Source: Chiloscyllium plagiosum
Taxonomy: Eukaryota
NCBI RefSeq assembly: GCF_004010195.1
Contig: NC_057711.1
Location: 71,338,511 to 71,402,510 of the forward strand
Length of the DNA stretch: 64,000 nt
Direction: 5' to 3'
Shown here: positions 14,169 through 26,565 of the stretch, one piece after another
How positions within the stretch are numbered: position 1 is the stretch's first letter
Layout: every line of letters begins with the position of its first letter
Program-made: the position numbers and the translations under genes
The notes under the pieces: generated by a model
What the model saw: the letters and a program-made list of their open reading frames with translations, nothing else
Database searches by the model: none
Told to the model about the DNA's origin: nothing

Positions 14169-14507
14169 GAGTGGCAGGGTGGTTCAGTGATTAGCACTGC
14201 TGTTTCGCAGCACCAGGAACCTGGTTTGATTCCAGCCTCAGGCAATTGTCTGAGTGGAGTTGGCAATGTTCTCCCTGTGTCTTTGTGGATTTCTTCCAAG
14301 TGCTCTGGTTTCTTCCCACATTCCAAAGATGTGCAGGTTAGGTGAATTAGCCATGCTAAATTGCCCATAGTATCCAGGGATGTAGAGGTTAGGTGGGTTA
14401 GCCCTGGGAACTATAGGGTTACAGGAATAGTGTAGGGGGGTGGGGTCTGGGTGGGATGCACTTTGGAGAGTCAGTGTGGACTGTTTCCACACTGTAGGGA
14501 TTCTATG
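14169..14507 (+). mobile_element. HE1-like SINE
   Basis: gtggcagggtggttcagtgattagcactgctg...ggtttgattcc...ctgtttccacactgtagggattctatg. Confidence 0.88.
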
Positions 14508-15739
14508 TGGGAACAGGGCAAAAGAATCAGAGCGAAAATGAAAATTCTAGAAGTATAGCACAGCAGCCAACCATTGATATATTTTTCGTTCAGTTCTGCA
14601 GTAACAAGAGGATTGCTAGAGAAGAGTTGAACCTTTCAAGAGACATAAATCAAGGATGATCACAAAATAGAAAATATTCTGAACAATTTATTCTGCAAAG
14701 TATTCAGAAGGGAGGCCAGAAGTAGCATGCCCTTTCCTTAAACAGATACCCAAGGCAAAATCTTCAATATAAATGAATTGGAAACCCTGGACATGCTAAA
14801 TCAACTCGAAAGAATCATAACCCCAGGGCTAAGTAGGTTTTTTTTTCGCAAAGTGCTGAGAGAGATCAGAGAGATTTGTAAAGCATCGACAGTCATTATA
14901 AGGGTGTCAGTGGTCACTGGGGGACTACCAACAATATACAAATAGGTAAATGTGATGCTGACATTCAAACTATGTAAATAAAACAAAGACAGGGGCACAC
15001 AAAGTTATTCTTCATTAATTGATTTCCTTCTGCTAGAAATGAATGGTGTTGATTATCAGTGATTATCAGGTTAAAACTTGAAGTTTGTGCACTCACATAG
15101 TAAACTTCTAATACAGATTCAGTTTGAGTTGATACTGCTTAATGATTTCCCTCTTTTTTTTGTGGAAGTGGGAAGTGTAAAAGTAAATGCAGCATAACTA
15201 AATTTCCAAATGATAGATTATTTGGAAGCTCCATTCAAGCTCCATTCAAGGTGAATCTTAGAAATGGATAAGAAAGTGTTTGATTTGCAGTGCAGCTAGC
15301 TGGAGGAAAATGTTACAGTGGTTGTGAGGAATCTGTCCCACTGTATTTCTCACACCCAACAGTCAAAAGGTCAGTCAGCGCTTCTCTGACTTTAAATCTG
15401 ACAACGCTGCCTCACAAAAACCCTGGGTCATCCTTACCAAGAGAGGAATGGGACATCCACTCCTCAGGGTCAGGCTGCCATGAACTGCCGGTGAATCTGA
15501 TAGGATGGCAATTCCTGACCCTAGCCCTAACCATAGCCATAACCCCAACTCTAAACATAACCCTAACCCTAACTCTTATCCTAATGGGGGAGAGGATCAG
15601 GACTATGATGATTTGAATATGAGATGCTAAAGGGATACACCAAAGAAGGAGAAACCATCATAGGGTGCAGGTTGTCACTAATAGGCACAGGAATCCTGCC
15701 CTTTAACATGAAATGCAAATCTTGTTGATTGGTCACAAA

Positions 15740-17255
15740 AAGGAACGGACCCAGCACTGATCATTGTGATCACTGGTAACAATCCTTCAGTCAGTATAAC
15801 AACCATCTACCACCACCCTCTCCTTCCTTTATCAAGCCAATTTTGTATCCAATTGATTAGGTCTCCCTGAATTCTATGTGATCTAATCTAATTAACTAGT
15901 CTACCATGTGGAACTTTGTCAAAGGCTTGCTAAAGTCCATGTAGACAATGTTGACCACTCTGCCTTCAGTTATTTTCTTGGTCACTTCTTCAAAAAACTC
16001 AATCAAGTTTGTGAGACATGACTTCCCATGCACAAAGCCATGCTGACTATTCCTAATCAGCTCTTGCTGTTCCAAATGCATGTAAATCCAGTCTCTTAGA
16101 ACTTACAACCTCCCTACCATTGACTTCAGGCTCACTGGTCTATAGATCCCTGGCTTTGCCTTACAGACTTCCTTAAATAACTGAACAACATTAGCCACTC
16201 TCCAGTCTTCTAACATCTCACCTGTGGCTGTCGATGATACAAATATTATTGTTAGGGGCCCTACAATTCCTTCCCTGGCTTTCCACAAAATTCTGGGACA
16301 CACCTGATGAGATCCTGGGGATTTATCTACCTTTATGTGTTTTAAGACCTCCAGAACCTGTTCTTCTGTAATGTGGACACTTTTCAAGACATCACTATTT
16401 ATTTCCTTATGTTCCTGAGTTTTCATGTTTAGTCTACAGTAAATACTGGTGCAAAATGTGTTTTGGATCTCACCCATCTCCTGCTTCTCCGAACATAGCC
16501 GGCCTCATCGAACTTTAAGGGGCCCTATCCTCTCCCTAGTTATTCTTTTGCCCCTATAATACTTGTAGAATCTCTTTGGATTCTCCTTAATCTACCTGCC
16601 TAAATGGTACAGAGGAGATTTACCAAGATGTTTCTTGGGCTGGAGTGTTTTAGTTATGAAGAGAGATTGGATAGACTGGGGTTGTTTTCCTTAGAACAGA
16701 AGAGACTGAAGGAAAACATAGAGTCATACAGCAAGGAAGCAGACCCTTCAGTCCAACTAGTCCACGCTGCTTATGTTCCCAAACTAAACTAGTCCCAACT
16801 ACCTGCACTTGCCTATATCCCTCCAAACCTTTCCTATTCAAGAACTTAGCCAAATGTCTTTAAAATGTTGTAACTGTAGCTGCATCCACTCCTTGCCATA
16901 CACAAACTACTCTCTGTGTGAAAAATTTGCCCCTCATGTCCTTTCTAAATCATTCTCCTCTCACCTTAAAAATATGCCCCATAGTTTTTAGCTCGCCCAT
17001 CCTAGAAAAAAGACCTTTGTCTGTCACCTTATCTATGCCGCTCATGATTTTATAAACCTTTATAAGGTCACCCCTCAACCTCTTATGCTCGAGTGAAAAA
17101 TGTCTCAGCCTTTCCAGTCTATTATTATACCTCAAACCCTCCATTCCTGACAACATCCTGGTAAATTTTTTCTGAACTCTCCCCAGTTTAATAATGTCTT
17201 TCATATAACAGGGTGAGCAGAAGCGGAGGCAGTACTCCAGAAGAGGCCGTACCAA
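15740..17255 (-). mobile_element. Cluster of CR1 fragments (minus 15740-16602, plus 16603-16715, minus 3' end 16715-17255)
   Basis: ORFs SQHGFVHGKSCLTNLIEFFEEV, KSPG...DWRVANVV...YRPVSL, MVQRRFTKM and VRPLLEYC...LRGDLIKVYK. Confidence 0.9.
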
Positions 17256-18241
17256 TCTGTGCTGTAGACCTCGATAACCATGACTGTGTAATGGAAGGTT
17301 CCTCCCTCAAGAATTGGTGACAGTGCAGAAAAGGCACAATGCTGGAAACTTTGAAATCAGGCACAAGAAAAAACTGTTTCCTTTTATTGCAGCTTCTAGT
17401 CTATAATGTCTTTCAACTGTGACAATGTCACCTTAGCATTTTGCTCCAAGTCATACTGTGTCCTAAATTGCACAAATGCCACCATCACTCTTCCATCATT
17501 GTTCAGCCAAAATTGTACAATTCCTTAAACATTATAATCAGTGGAGAAACATTGCCCTGGTTCAACACAAAAGCCATAAGGATGAGCAATAAGCACTACT
17601 TGTGCTACCATTATTTACAGTCTGGAAACAAATACAGAAGATGTATTGAAGTTGCTTTTCTCATCAGTAGTTTTGTCCTCTTCCCTTCTCTTGTAAGATC
17701 TTGGCTCCTTGTTGCTTCACAGATGCCAGTAACACTCTGGAAATTCACCCAAATAGTTACTTTGCATAATGACTGTCAGTAGGTGATTCAGACATGGGGT
17801 TGTCACAGTCAAGACCAATCTGTTCTCACCTCCATCCATATGTGTACAATCTCCTGCAATGATCATGTGATTCTTTTTATCATTCCCCTTTCCAGCTCAG
17901 ACGCTAGGCGACTTGAAGCAACTAAACTGCAGTGCTGCAGTGATTAAGTGACTTAAAACAGAACTGAGAAATATTGGACTGTTATTGACAAAGCTATTTC
18001 TTGCAAGGAATGTGACAGATGATAATGTGCAATCATTGGCAGAACTGACATGACCTACAGAAAACGTATGGCACAGAAGACAAAGATATCCACATCAATG
18101 CTTCCAACTTGAGGCTGTGCTGAGCAGATTCAATACATGTCTAAGTTTAAGAGAAATGAATTTAATATTTCAGGCTAACAACTTTTCTTCCAGGTCACTG
18201 ACCTGCAAATACAGAAGATGTATTGAAGTTGCTTCCTATGC

Positions 18242-18633
18242 CATGCCATCCTATGCCCTTTCCATACCTTCTCCATGTTCCGATGTTCCTTTTTATGGCC
18301 GCCACTCTACCTCCTTGTTAACTCTGTTCGCCTGTGCCATCTCCATGTTCCCCATACCATCTCCAGGATCTCTATGCCACCTCCATGTTCATTGACTCAG
18401 TAAGCGTTAAGCACGATTAAATGATCCAGGCAACAAATGGTTTTTCACATTTGGGCAGGATGTTATTGCTTTCCCAGAAATACAGAAAGTAGAGTGGAAA
18501 TATTAAAAAGGAAGAAATGGGTCAAAGAGAGATTATGAATACAGACGGGCAACTAACATTATAGGGAGTATAGAAATATTTTGTAATTAAATTAAGAGTG
18601 GAAGGGTAGCCAATGTAAGAGTATGGCTAATTA
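18242..18633 (+). repeat. 392-bp near-identical local duplicate (copy A) of 19286-19677
   Basis: Direct comparison shows only a few substitutions and two single-base indels. Confidence 0.95.
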
Positions 18634-19029
18634 ACTCTGTTTCTCTCTGTACAGATGCTGCTAGACATAGCGAGGATTTTCAGCATTTTCTGTGTTTATT
18701 TCGGGTTTTCCAGCATCCTCTGAGTTTGTCTTTTGTCTATGTTTACAATGACTTGCTGACTAGCAGCAGAGTTCAACAACAGTTCTCAAAAAACATTGTG
18801 CCACAGATCCTGGCACAGTCAGTTTAACTTCAAAACCATTTGAGAATGACAGATGGGAACGAATGCTTCTTTTCCCAGCGTTGCCTCAATTTTTATGCGT
18901 TGCCCACTTGCCTTGGACAGTTCCATTAAAGGGGGCATGTATCTCACACGACCTGCAATTTTCGGTGGTGCTGGGGTTAATTTATGGATCTTGTTGAGGT
19001 TCATTGCTGCTCAGAGAAGTCATAAACAG

Positions 19030-19225
19030 TAAAAACTGAAAGGTCTGCAGATGCTGTAAATCAAAGACAAAAATATAAAGCTCAGCAGGTCTGGCAGCAT
19101 CTGTGGAGAGAAATCAGAGTTAACATTTCGGGTCGGGTGACCCTTCCACAGAACAGAAGGGTCTGATTTCTCTCCACAGATGCTGCCAGACCAGCTAAAC
19201 TTTTCCAGAAAGTTCTATTTTTGAG
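19030..19225. mobile_element. Short PLE pLTR-derived element with a 31-bp perfect inverted repeat and a decayed hammerhead
   Basis: 19088-19118 is the exact reverse complement of 19162-19192. The minus strand reads CTGtgGAagggtcacccgacccGAAAtgtt. Confidence 0.75.
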
Positions 19226-19285
19226 TCACAAACAATGTTGTGCACACACACAAACACTTTGATGATAAGTTTTAAAGGTCTGAAA

Positions 19286-19677
19286 CATGCCATCCTATGC
19301 CCTTTCCATACCTTCTCCATGTTCCGATGTTCCTTTCATGGCCGCCACTCTACCTCCTTGTTAACTCTGTTTGCCTGTGCCATCTCCATGTTCCCCATAC
19401 CATCTCCAGGATCTCTATGCTACCTCCATGTTCATTGACTCAGTAAGCGTTAAGCACAGATTAAATGATCCAGGCAACAAATGGTTTTTCACATTTGGGC
19501 AGGATGTTATTGCTTTTCCAGAAATACAGAAAGTAGAGTGGAAATATTAAAAAGGAAGAAATGGGTCAAAGAGAGATTATGAATACAGACGGGCAACTAA
19601 CATTATAGGGAGTATAGAAATATTTTGTAATTAAATTAAGAGTGGAAGGGTAGCCAATGTAAGAGTATGGCTAATTA
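19286..19677 (+). repeat. 392-bp duplicate (copy B, likely the source)
   Basis: Continues natively into an old CR1 remnant (ggaaccaaaaaggagttcttgttgtggag). Confidence 0.95.
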
Positions 19678-21334
19678 GGAACCAAAAAGGAGTTCTTGTT
19701 GTGGAGACAGGGGAACATGACTGATGCATTAAATGAATGCACTACATCTATCTTTGAGAGAGAAGAGGGTCCTACAATATAGCAAAACTGGAGGAAAAAA
19801 GAGGAATAAGTGTTTGGATATACATAGAGAAAGAGTAGGTATCGTTGTATCTGAGATTAGAGGAGAGCTCCATTACACACATCCTATTGCACCATGGGTC
19901 ACAACATAAAACAAAAATGCTGCTTTTCAGTTACTAAGATGGTTAATTAATTCTTATCTAAATTAGCTTACAGACAATGGATCTATCAACCAGTTTTTTT
20001 AATAAACACAAGTTAGGGTTTAATATCGGTAAAATGAATTTAATAAAGATACAATAATGGATTGCCTTAATACAATCAGTAATAGAGAAGAATAATTGCT
20101 TTCCCTCTAATTATCCTCAACATACACAAAAAAAACAAATGCAAACATTGTTCAGGTAATGAGAAATAAAACACATTTCTCTGCAAAGATTATCTGTCTG
20201 AAAACAAATCATAACTTTGACTATGAGTTATTCTTGGAGATGAAAGTATAAAATTCAGGATATTCTAGGATCTGCTGTTCTGATGTTCTGGCATGTGTAG
20301 TCACATCACTAATCATACAATGTTATTTCCAAAGTCTTGTAGAATATAACTTGCTTAGGAAATCTTGATAAATGTCTTTTAAATAATTATATTAAAATTG
20401 CAAATGAATTTCACCCTGAACTGTTGTAGAGGGTTTCCTTTTCAGAAATTGGAGCGATCAGCTGGGCAGCTTGTTCATAACTAGCTCTCCTCCATTTTTC
20501 CTTAGTAGGCTTTCCTTGAACCGAACCAGATTTACAAGAAAATTCTCCAAGTCAGTCACTTAGTTCAAAAACACCCAAGCAATGTCCACAGTAAAGCAAA
20601 CAGTTATCATGTGATTTATAGGAATCTATATTTAAAAACAATCTCCAATATCCACAGTGAACTTTTAAAGACCTCTTCACTCCAAGTTTATCCAGAAAAT
20701 GTCAAATAAATTCCTTTGTCCAAAATTCTTCAAAATGTATGCCTTCTAAACAATATTAAATATTTAATGTTACTTTATAACAAAGCTCAAAAGGATTGTT
20801 AGTTTTCGGAGTAAAACATAACCCAGACTGAATGGAATGCTTTCAAACAGCTGAGAGAAATGAGGGTGGAAATTATGAAATCTCTGAACACTCCTTAATG
20901 TGTGCACCAGAGGACTCCAGGATTGCAAATGCTTTACGTCGCTTTGTAAGAGTGGAAAGGGATGTACACAGCAATGGTTGATACTGTTGATCATGGGCAC
21001 TCCGATAGTGGCAGCAGCTGGAATTTTTATGACTAACTGGCAACATAGATGTCAGGCAAGTGCAGACTAATGCAGAAGTCTTAAAATTGTGACCTAACAT
21101 TCACTGCTCCCTTATCAGCTGCACTTTAGATTCCTATTTCCTTGAGCTGGTATTCAATATGATTCCTTGATGCACAAGAACTTCCACTTTTCTGCTCAAA
21201 TATCACTGTTAGAAACTTCATAAAAATAAGTAAATGAGATGTCATTGAGTTTTAGTGGTGATCTGAGTAATAACGACTGCCAAACAATTGATGTGATTCT
21301 AAGTGAATAATAGGATTTCTCCTTTATGATTATC

Positions 21335-21676
21335 TTAGAATCCCAACAATGTGGAAGCAGGCCATTCAGCCCATTGAGTCCACACCGACCCTCTGAACAG
21401 CATCCCAGCCAGACCTGCACCCCACCCTAACCCGTAACCTTGCATTTCCTATAGCCAATCCAACAAGCTGCAGATCCCTGGTCACTACGGGCAATTTAGC
21501 ATGGCCAATCCACCTAACCTGCTCGTCTTTGGACTGTGGGAGGAAACTGAAGCACCTGGATGCAACCCATGCCGACACGGGGAGAATGTGCAAACTTCAC
21601 ACAGGCAGTTGCTCATCGAACTCAGATCCCTGGTGCTGTGAGGCAGCAGTGCTAACCGCTGAGCCATCGTGCCACC
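21335..21676 (-). mobile_element. HE1-like SINE
   Basis: Minus-strand head ggtggcacgatggctcagcggttagcactgctgcc plus the conserved body. Confidence 0.88.
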
Positions 21677-21989
21677 TAATTCCTAAATTAATTGCTAGAT
21701 TTTTAAACTATATTTTTAAAATGGATTTTTCAAGTTTATTAATGATATTTCAACTTCTACCTCACCCCATATGTATACCCAATATTTAATTCCTACCTGA
21801 ATTTTTTCAAATGAGTTGATTTCTCATTTTGTGTATTGCTGTCTGTGAAAATCCTTTGATTTGATCAGCTGCTCAGACAGCTTGATGACCTCACTGCTGC
21901 TCAATGTTCAGATTCCCAAACATTGCACATCAGAGAGTATTCTCAGCAGAAACATTCTTATATCTTTAATATTGCTTTCTTTGCATTAA

Positions 21990-23045
21990 GCAGTAACTGT
22001 CAACACTGCACTGATGAATGTAAATTATTGGCATTCGATCCAGGGAAAAAAAGAATTAGTCTTTGGAAGATGATGGACTAATAGTGGAAAATCAGTGCAT
22101 ATTTGTTGAACAAAATAATGCTAGACTAATTTTACTGAGTTCTTGGATGAGGTTGGAAGGGTTGATGAAAACCATACCTTATATATAAGGATATGCTGTT
22201 TTATACATAGGGATTTTCAAAAAACATTTGACACAGACTTGTATATGTATAAGCAAAATTAAAACATATGGAATTAATGGACAGGAGCAACATGGATACA
22301 AAATTGGCCAAGGACTGAAGGTAGAGAGTGGTGATGAACAGTTGTTTTTTGGTAGGCAATATCTAGTTTTCTCCAAGGGTTATTAACATGACCACTAATC
22401 TTTTTAATATATATTAATGAATTGAACTTGGGAATGTAGGATATAATGTCAAGAAATTTGGAAAGAGAGTAAACAATAAGGAGAGTAGTAACAGACCTCA
22501 GGAAGATATATACAGTTGAAAAAAGCAGGTAGACGTCCTATAAAATTTAACACAGCAAAGGATGAAGTGATGCATTTTGTTTGGAAGAATCATGAGAGTC
22601 AATACGGCTCAAAATGTATAATATTGATGGAATTTCTGGAACTTAGAGAGGTGTCTATGTACAGAAAATGTTGAAGAAACAGAATGGAGAAACATGTTAA
22701 ATAATCATATGCTTTCTTGACTTTAGATTCAAGTCCAAGTGAAGCAAGTTATGTTAATGCTTTATAAATTACTGGTTAGACTGTTAGTTCAGTTGGCTAG
22801 ATAGTTAGTTTGTGATGCAGACTTATGTCAATACTGTTGGTTCAATTTCCATACTGACTGAGATTACCATGAAGGACTCTTCTCCTCAACCTCTTCCCTC
22901 ACCTAAGGTGTGGTGACCTTCATGTTAAACCATCAGTCATCCCTCTCCAATGAGAGAGAGAGAGAGAGAGCAGTCTTATGTATCTGGTAGGGCTATGGCA
23001 AATTTAACGTTAGACCTTAGCTGGAATATTGAGTGTAATCTTCTC
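21990..23045 (+). mobile_element. Old CR1 RT fragment, interrupted by a SINE
   Basis: Degenerate gattttcaaaaaacatttgac, tatattaatga and gaagtgatgcatttt motifs; LVRPQLEY-like segment split at 22781/23009. Confidence 0.7.
22782..23008 (+). mobile_element. tRNA-derived SINE (non-HE1) with 7-bp TSD
   Basis: A-box-like tagttcagttgg, B-box-like ggttcaatttcc; flanking GTTAGAC at 22775-22781 and 23009-23015. Confidence 0.7.
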
Positions 23046-23199
23046 AAAGCCCGGATGGGAGGCAGATTGGTTGGCAAAATGGCAGAAAACTTGTCAGTCT
23101 GGAGACCAATGTATTCAAGATGAGTTTTACTGGTGGCACCTGGGCTGCAAGGTGGAGACTACATTTCACATCAGTGAGAGCAAAATTGAACCTCTTAAG

Positions 23200-24040
23200 G
23201 AACCAATTACTTGATATTTTCCAGAGGATTTAACGTTTTCCCAGAGTGCATATGAAGACAAGAGGATCCAAGTTTTGTCATCTATAAGGAGGCAAGAACT
23301 TAGCAGCACATCAGTGGTTCCAGTAGCAGTATTAAAGTACAGCGAGGATGAGAGTGAATAAATCACAGATGTGACTTGGAGAGCACATTGGAGGCATACA
23401 GATTTGTCATTCTCTATGAGGTACAATGTATGTATTCAGGTAAAGAGGCATGAGTGACCTTGAGAAGTGACGGCTACAGACAAGGAGGCATACTTCATCA
23501 ATAGGAAGGACTTCCACCCATTCAGTGTATAAGTGGTATTGCAAAACCTTCATGTGTGTGCAAGATTTCTGGAAAGTGCGCACAACTCCATCATTGTAAG
23601 GCATACCAAGATGACCAAGCTTTTGAAGTCTCCTGTATTCCTTCACAGATGGATGTAAAGTAGCAAGGGCTATGCATTGAAAACTTGGTTCCTTACATTT
23701 GTGTGGAAGCCTAGCAGAAGACTTACACAATGGCTACCATGTGACACAAAATGATCACTGAGTAGGCCATAAGGTTTCTGAAAATGAGATCCAGGAACCT
23801 GGATAGATTTGGTAGAGTTCTTAAATGTGGTCTTGTGTATCATTGTGCTGTTCTGTCCTTTGCAATAAAAAGGACAACCCTTGAGAAATCTAGGCTTCCT
23901 AAAACACACTGCTTTCACCACATTGAGGAGGAGGAAAAAGATGTTAAGGGAGCTGCAGACCAGGTGGACAATGACAATGCATCCAGGAGAATGCGGGCAA
24001 AGGATAATGAAATAAGTGCCAGAAAGGCTCATCAATGAAC
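23200..24040 (+). pseudogene. Decayed PIF/Harbinger (HARBI1-like) DDE transposase
   Basis: Ordered motifs YFINRKDFHPFSV (23491), HVCARFLESAHNSII (23551), RWM*SSKGYALKTWFLT (~23647) and E*AIRFLKMRSRNLDRFG (~23760). These match the family motifs FINRKGFHS, VCARFPGSxHD, GWLLGDKGYPL and IExAIGxLKxRFRCLD. Confidence 0.8.
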
Positions 24041-24559
24041 AATGCATTTCTCATGAGTCTTCCTTGGATCGCCATATAAAAATTAAACTTCCCACCTACT
24101 ATCGTCCTGTCGGTCCTTCTTGGTATTTTCTGAAGCTATCATTGAGCCTGCCATTATTATCAGGCCAAGGCACAGATGAAGCATTAATATGATACAGTCT
24201 GGACTTTCCATTACATTTTTCCAAACAGCATTTCAGTTGTAAAGGTTGAGCAGGCAAAAAGGAGTACAGAGACCATCTTGTGCTGCGACAGGCTACATAC
24301 ATTATCGCGATATGACTTAAGATAATAAATTATTACCCAGGAAACCAAAATGCAGCTGGGGTATTTCTGCTTAAGCTTTGAGAGCTCCCAGGTGTTTGTC
24401 TCACATTGCATCAATGCAGTGGAGGCAGGCTGCTCACTTTTCTGAACTGTGGCTTTTGATGTCTCTGGAGGTTGTTGTCAAGTTACCTATAGCCTAGAAA
24501 GTCCTGGCCTCCTGCAACCCTGCAGAAACTGGCTTGGTCTTTACAGCTACAAGAAGCAT

Positions 24560-25180
24560 GAATGTCTAGAACTAGAGAAATAGTCATAGAAAAACTACAG
24601 CACAGAAAGAGGTAATTTGGCTCATGGAATCTGCTCCAGCTGATAACCAAGCTGCCCATTCTAGTTCCACTTGTCAGCACCTGGTCTGCAGCCTTGCAAA
24701 CTATAGAGCTTCAGGTATAATCCACATTTAAAACGAGATGAGGATTTCTGCCTCGACCCCTAAAACAGCTCAACCACCAAAACAGGCAGTGAATTCCAGA
24801 TACTCCCACCCTCTGGTTGACAAAGACTTTCCTCATGTCCCCTCTAATTCTTCTACAAAACACCTTAAATCTGTACCTCCTGGTCATTGACCTCACTAAT
24901 CAAGGAAATAGGTCTTTGTTGTCCATGTGATCTAAACCCTTCATTATGTTGTACATCTTCATTTAATCAACTCAGAGTCCTGATTAAATCCGTTCTTTCC
25001 TGTAATTTTGTGACTGAAATGTACACAAAACAGCAGCTGTAGTCTAACCACTACCTTATTTAGTTACAGCATTATATCCCTGCACTTGTATTTGATACCT
25101 TGCCAAATAAAGGATAGCATCCCATATGCTAACTTTATCACCTTATCTATCTGCTCTGTCACCTTCAGGGACTTATGAAA
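24560..25180 (-). mobile_element. Old CR1 3' fragment
   Basis: RSMTRRYRFKV...RGDMRKVFVNQRVG remnant of the ORF2 C-terminus and a tail. Confidence 0.75.
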
Positions 25181-25491
25181 GATTTAGAAAGGATTCTCTA
25201 AGACCATCAAGGAGCCACTCCTCCTGTACCCCTGTCTTTTCCAATTCACCAAGGAGTCTGATCACCTGGTGAGAACTCCTTAGTATCTCATGGCACCCCC
25301 ATTACCATCCCATCACCCCCACCATTACCGTTGCTCCATAGGTCTCATGAGAGATATAACAGCATTTAGATTGATCAGCTCTTGCATCCGAGGGGTGTTT
25401 GGTGAACATAGTTTTTCAGTAGTGTTATAAGTTTGTTGAAAGAGGCTTGCACAAAGGCCAGAGGTACAGCAATGCTCAATCTATGCAGAAG

Positions 25492-25747
25492 TCTATCAAC
25501 AAACACATTGACTTGGATCTGATTTAGCACCTCCTGAGAAAAAGAACAGGAAATGACATCACCAACCCAACGAAAACCAAACATATAAATAGAAAGCAGG
25601 AATTATCAGCAATGCTTCGTCCAGAGGCTCACTGAAGATGTTACCTGGTATGGTGACGAAACATCTGGAAATAAACCTTCTAGCTCAGTGAGCCAACCTA
25701 TATCCAGAACCTCAACTTGAACTACAAATCTTTTCAAAACTCGCTAT
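25492..25747 (+). mobile_element. PLE 3' end (GIY-YIG C-terminal remnant plus pLTR)
   Basis: tctatcaacaaacacattgacttggat encodes SINKHIDLD; a hammerhead motif follows. Confidence 0.75.
25626..25694 (+). ncRNA. Minimal hammerhead ribozyme motif (PLE family B)
   Basis: ca-CTGAAGA-t-GTTACC-tggtat-GGTGAC-GAAA-C-ATC-tg. The stem III palindrome ACGT appears decayed to ACAT. Confidence 0.7.
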
Positions 25748-26222
25748 CAGTGCTCAGCCTAGCTGGACTCTCCTATTGTTGGAGCCTGAGTAACAGAGTT
25801 TCTGGGAACTCTGGTTATGTCCTGTGCTTCACATAGGAACTCCTGCATCTACTGCTTCATTGATGACCCCTAAAACAGCTCAACAGAATCAAGCTGAGCA
25901 TCACGGTACCTTCCCCAGTCCTCCAATAGGAAGTGGTCACCACGGTTACTGCCTCTATCAGTTGTTTGGGCATATCTCTGCTCTGGTTATCAGATGGTGC
26001 CACTGTTCCTATAAGCAATTCAAAATCCACTGACATGAGGGCCTTTCTCTTGTGAGCATGACTAGCTGCCATGACCTGGCGTGTACTGCCTGGAAGTACA
26101 TTCAGTAGCAATTTCCAAAAGAGATTTGGATGAATACTTGAAGAGAAAAAAACATCAAGGTATTAGAAAAGACCAAGGGAGTGAGACTAATTGGATAGCT
26201 CTTTAAGAGAGCTTTAATATCG

Positions 26223-26565
26223 TAAGACCATAAGACATAGGAGTGGAAGCAAGGCCATTCGGCCCATCAATTCCACTCCACCATTTAATCATGGCTGATG
26301 GGCATTTCAATTCCAATTACCCACAGCCTTCCCATAGCCCTTAATTCCTTGCAAGATCAAGATCTTATCAATTTCTGTCTTGAAGACATCCAATGTCCCG
26401 ACCTCCACTGTGCTCCATGGCAATGAATTCCACAGACCCACCATTGTCTGGCTGAAGAAATATCTTCTCATTTCCCTTCTAAATTGGCCCCCTCTAATTT
26501 TAAGGCTATGCCAATGGTCCTAGTCTCCCCACCCAATGGAAAAACTTCCCAGTGGGCACCCTTTA
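26223..26565 (-). mobile_element. CR1 3' end (same subfamily as 29592-31626)
   Basis: Shared tail taagaccataagacatagg and 3'UTR. Confidence 0.88.

Noticed and set aside
14169..14240. tRNA gene-like A/B boxes
   Set aside because: This is a SINE head followed by SINE body and tail; not a cloverleaf tRNA gene.
23200..24040. Domesticated HARBI1 host gene
   Set aside because: Multiple stops, frameshifts and lost catalytic residues indicate a fossil transposon.
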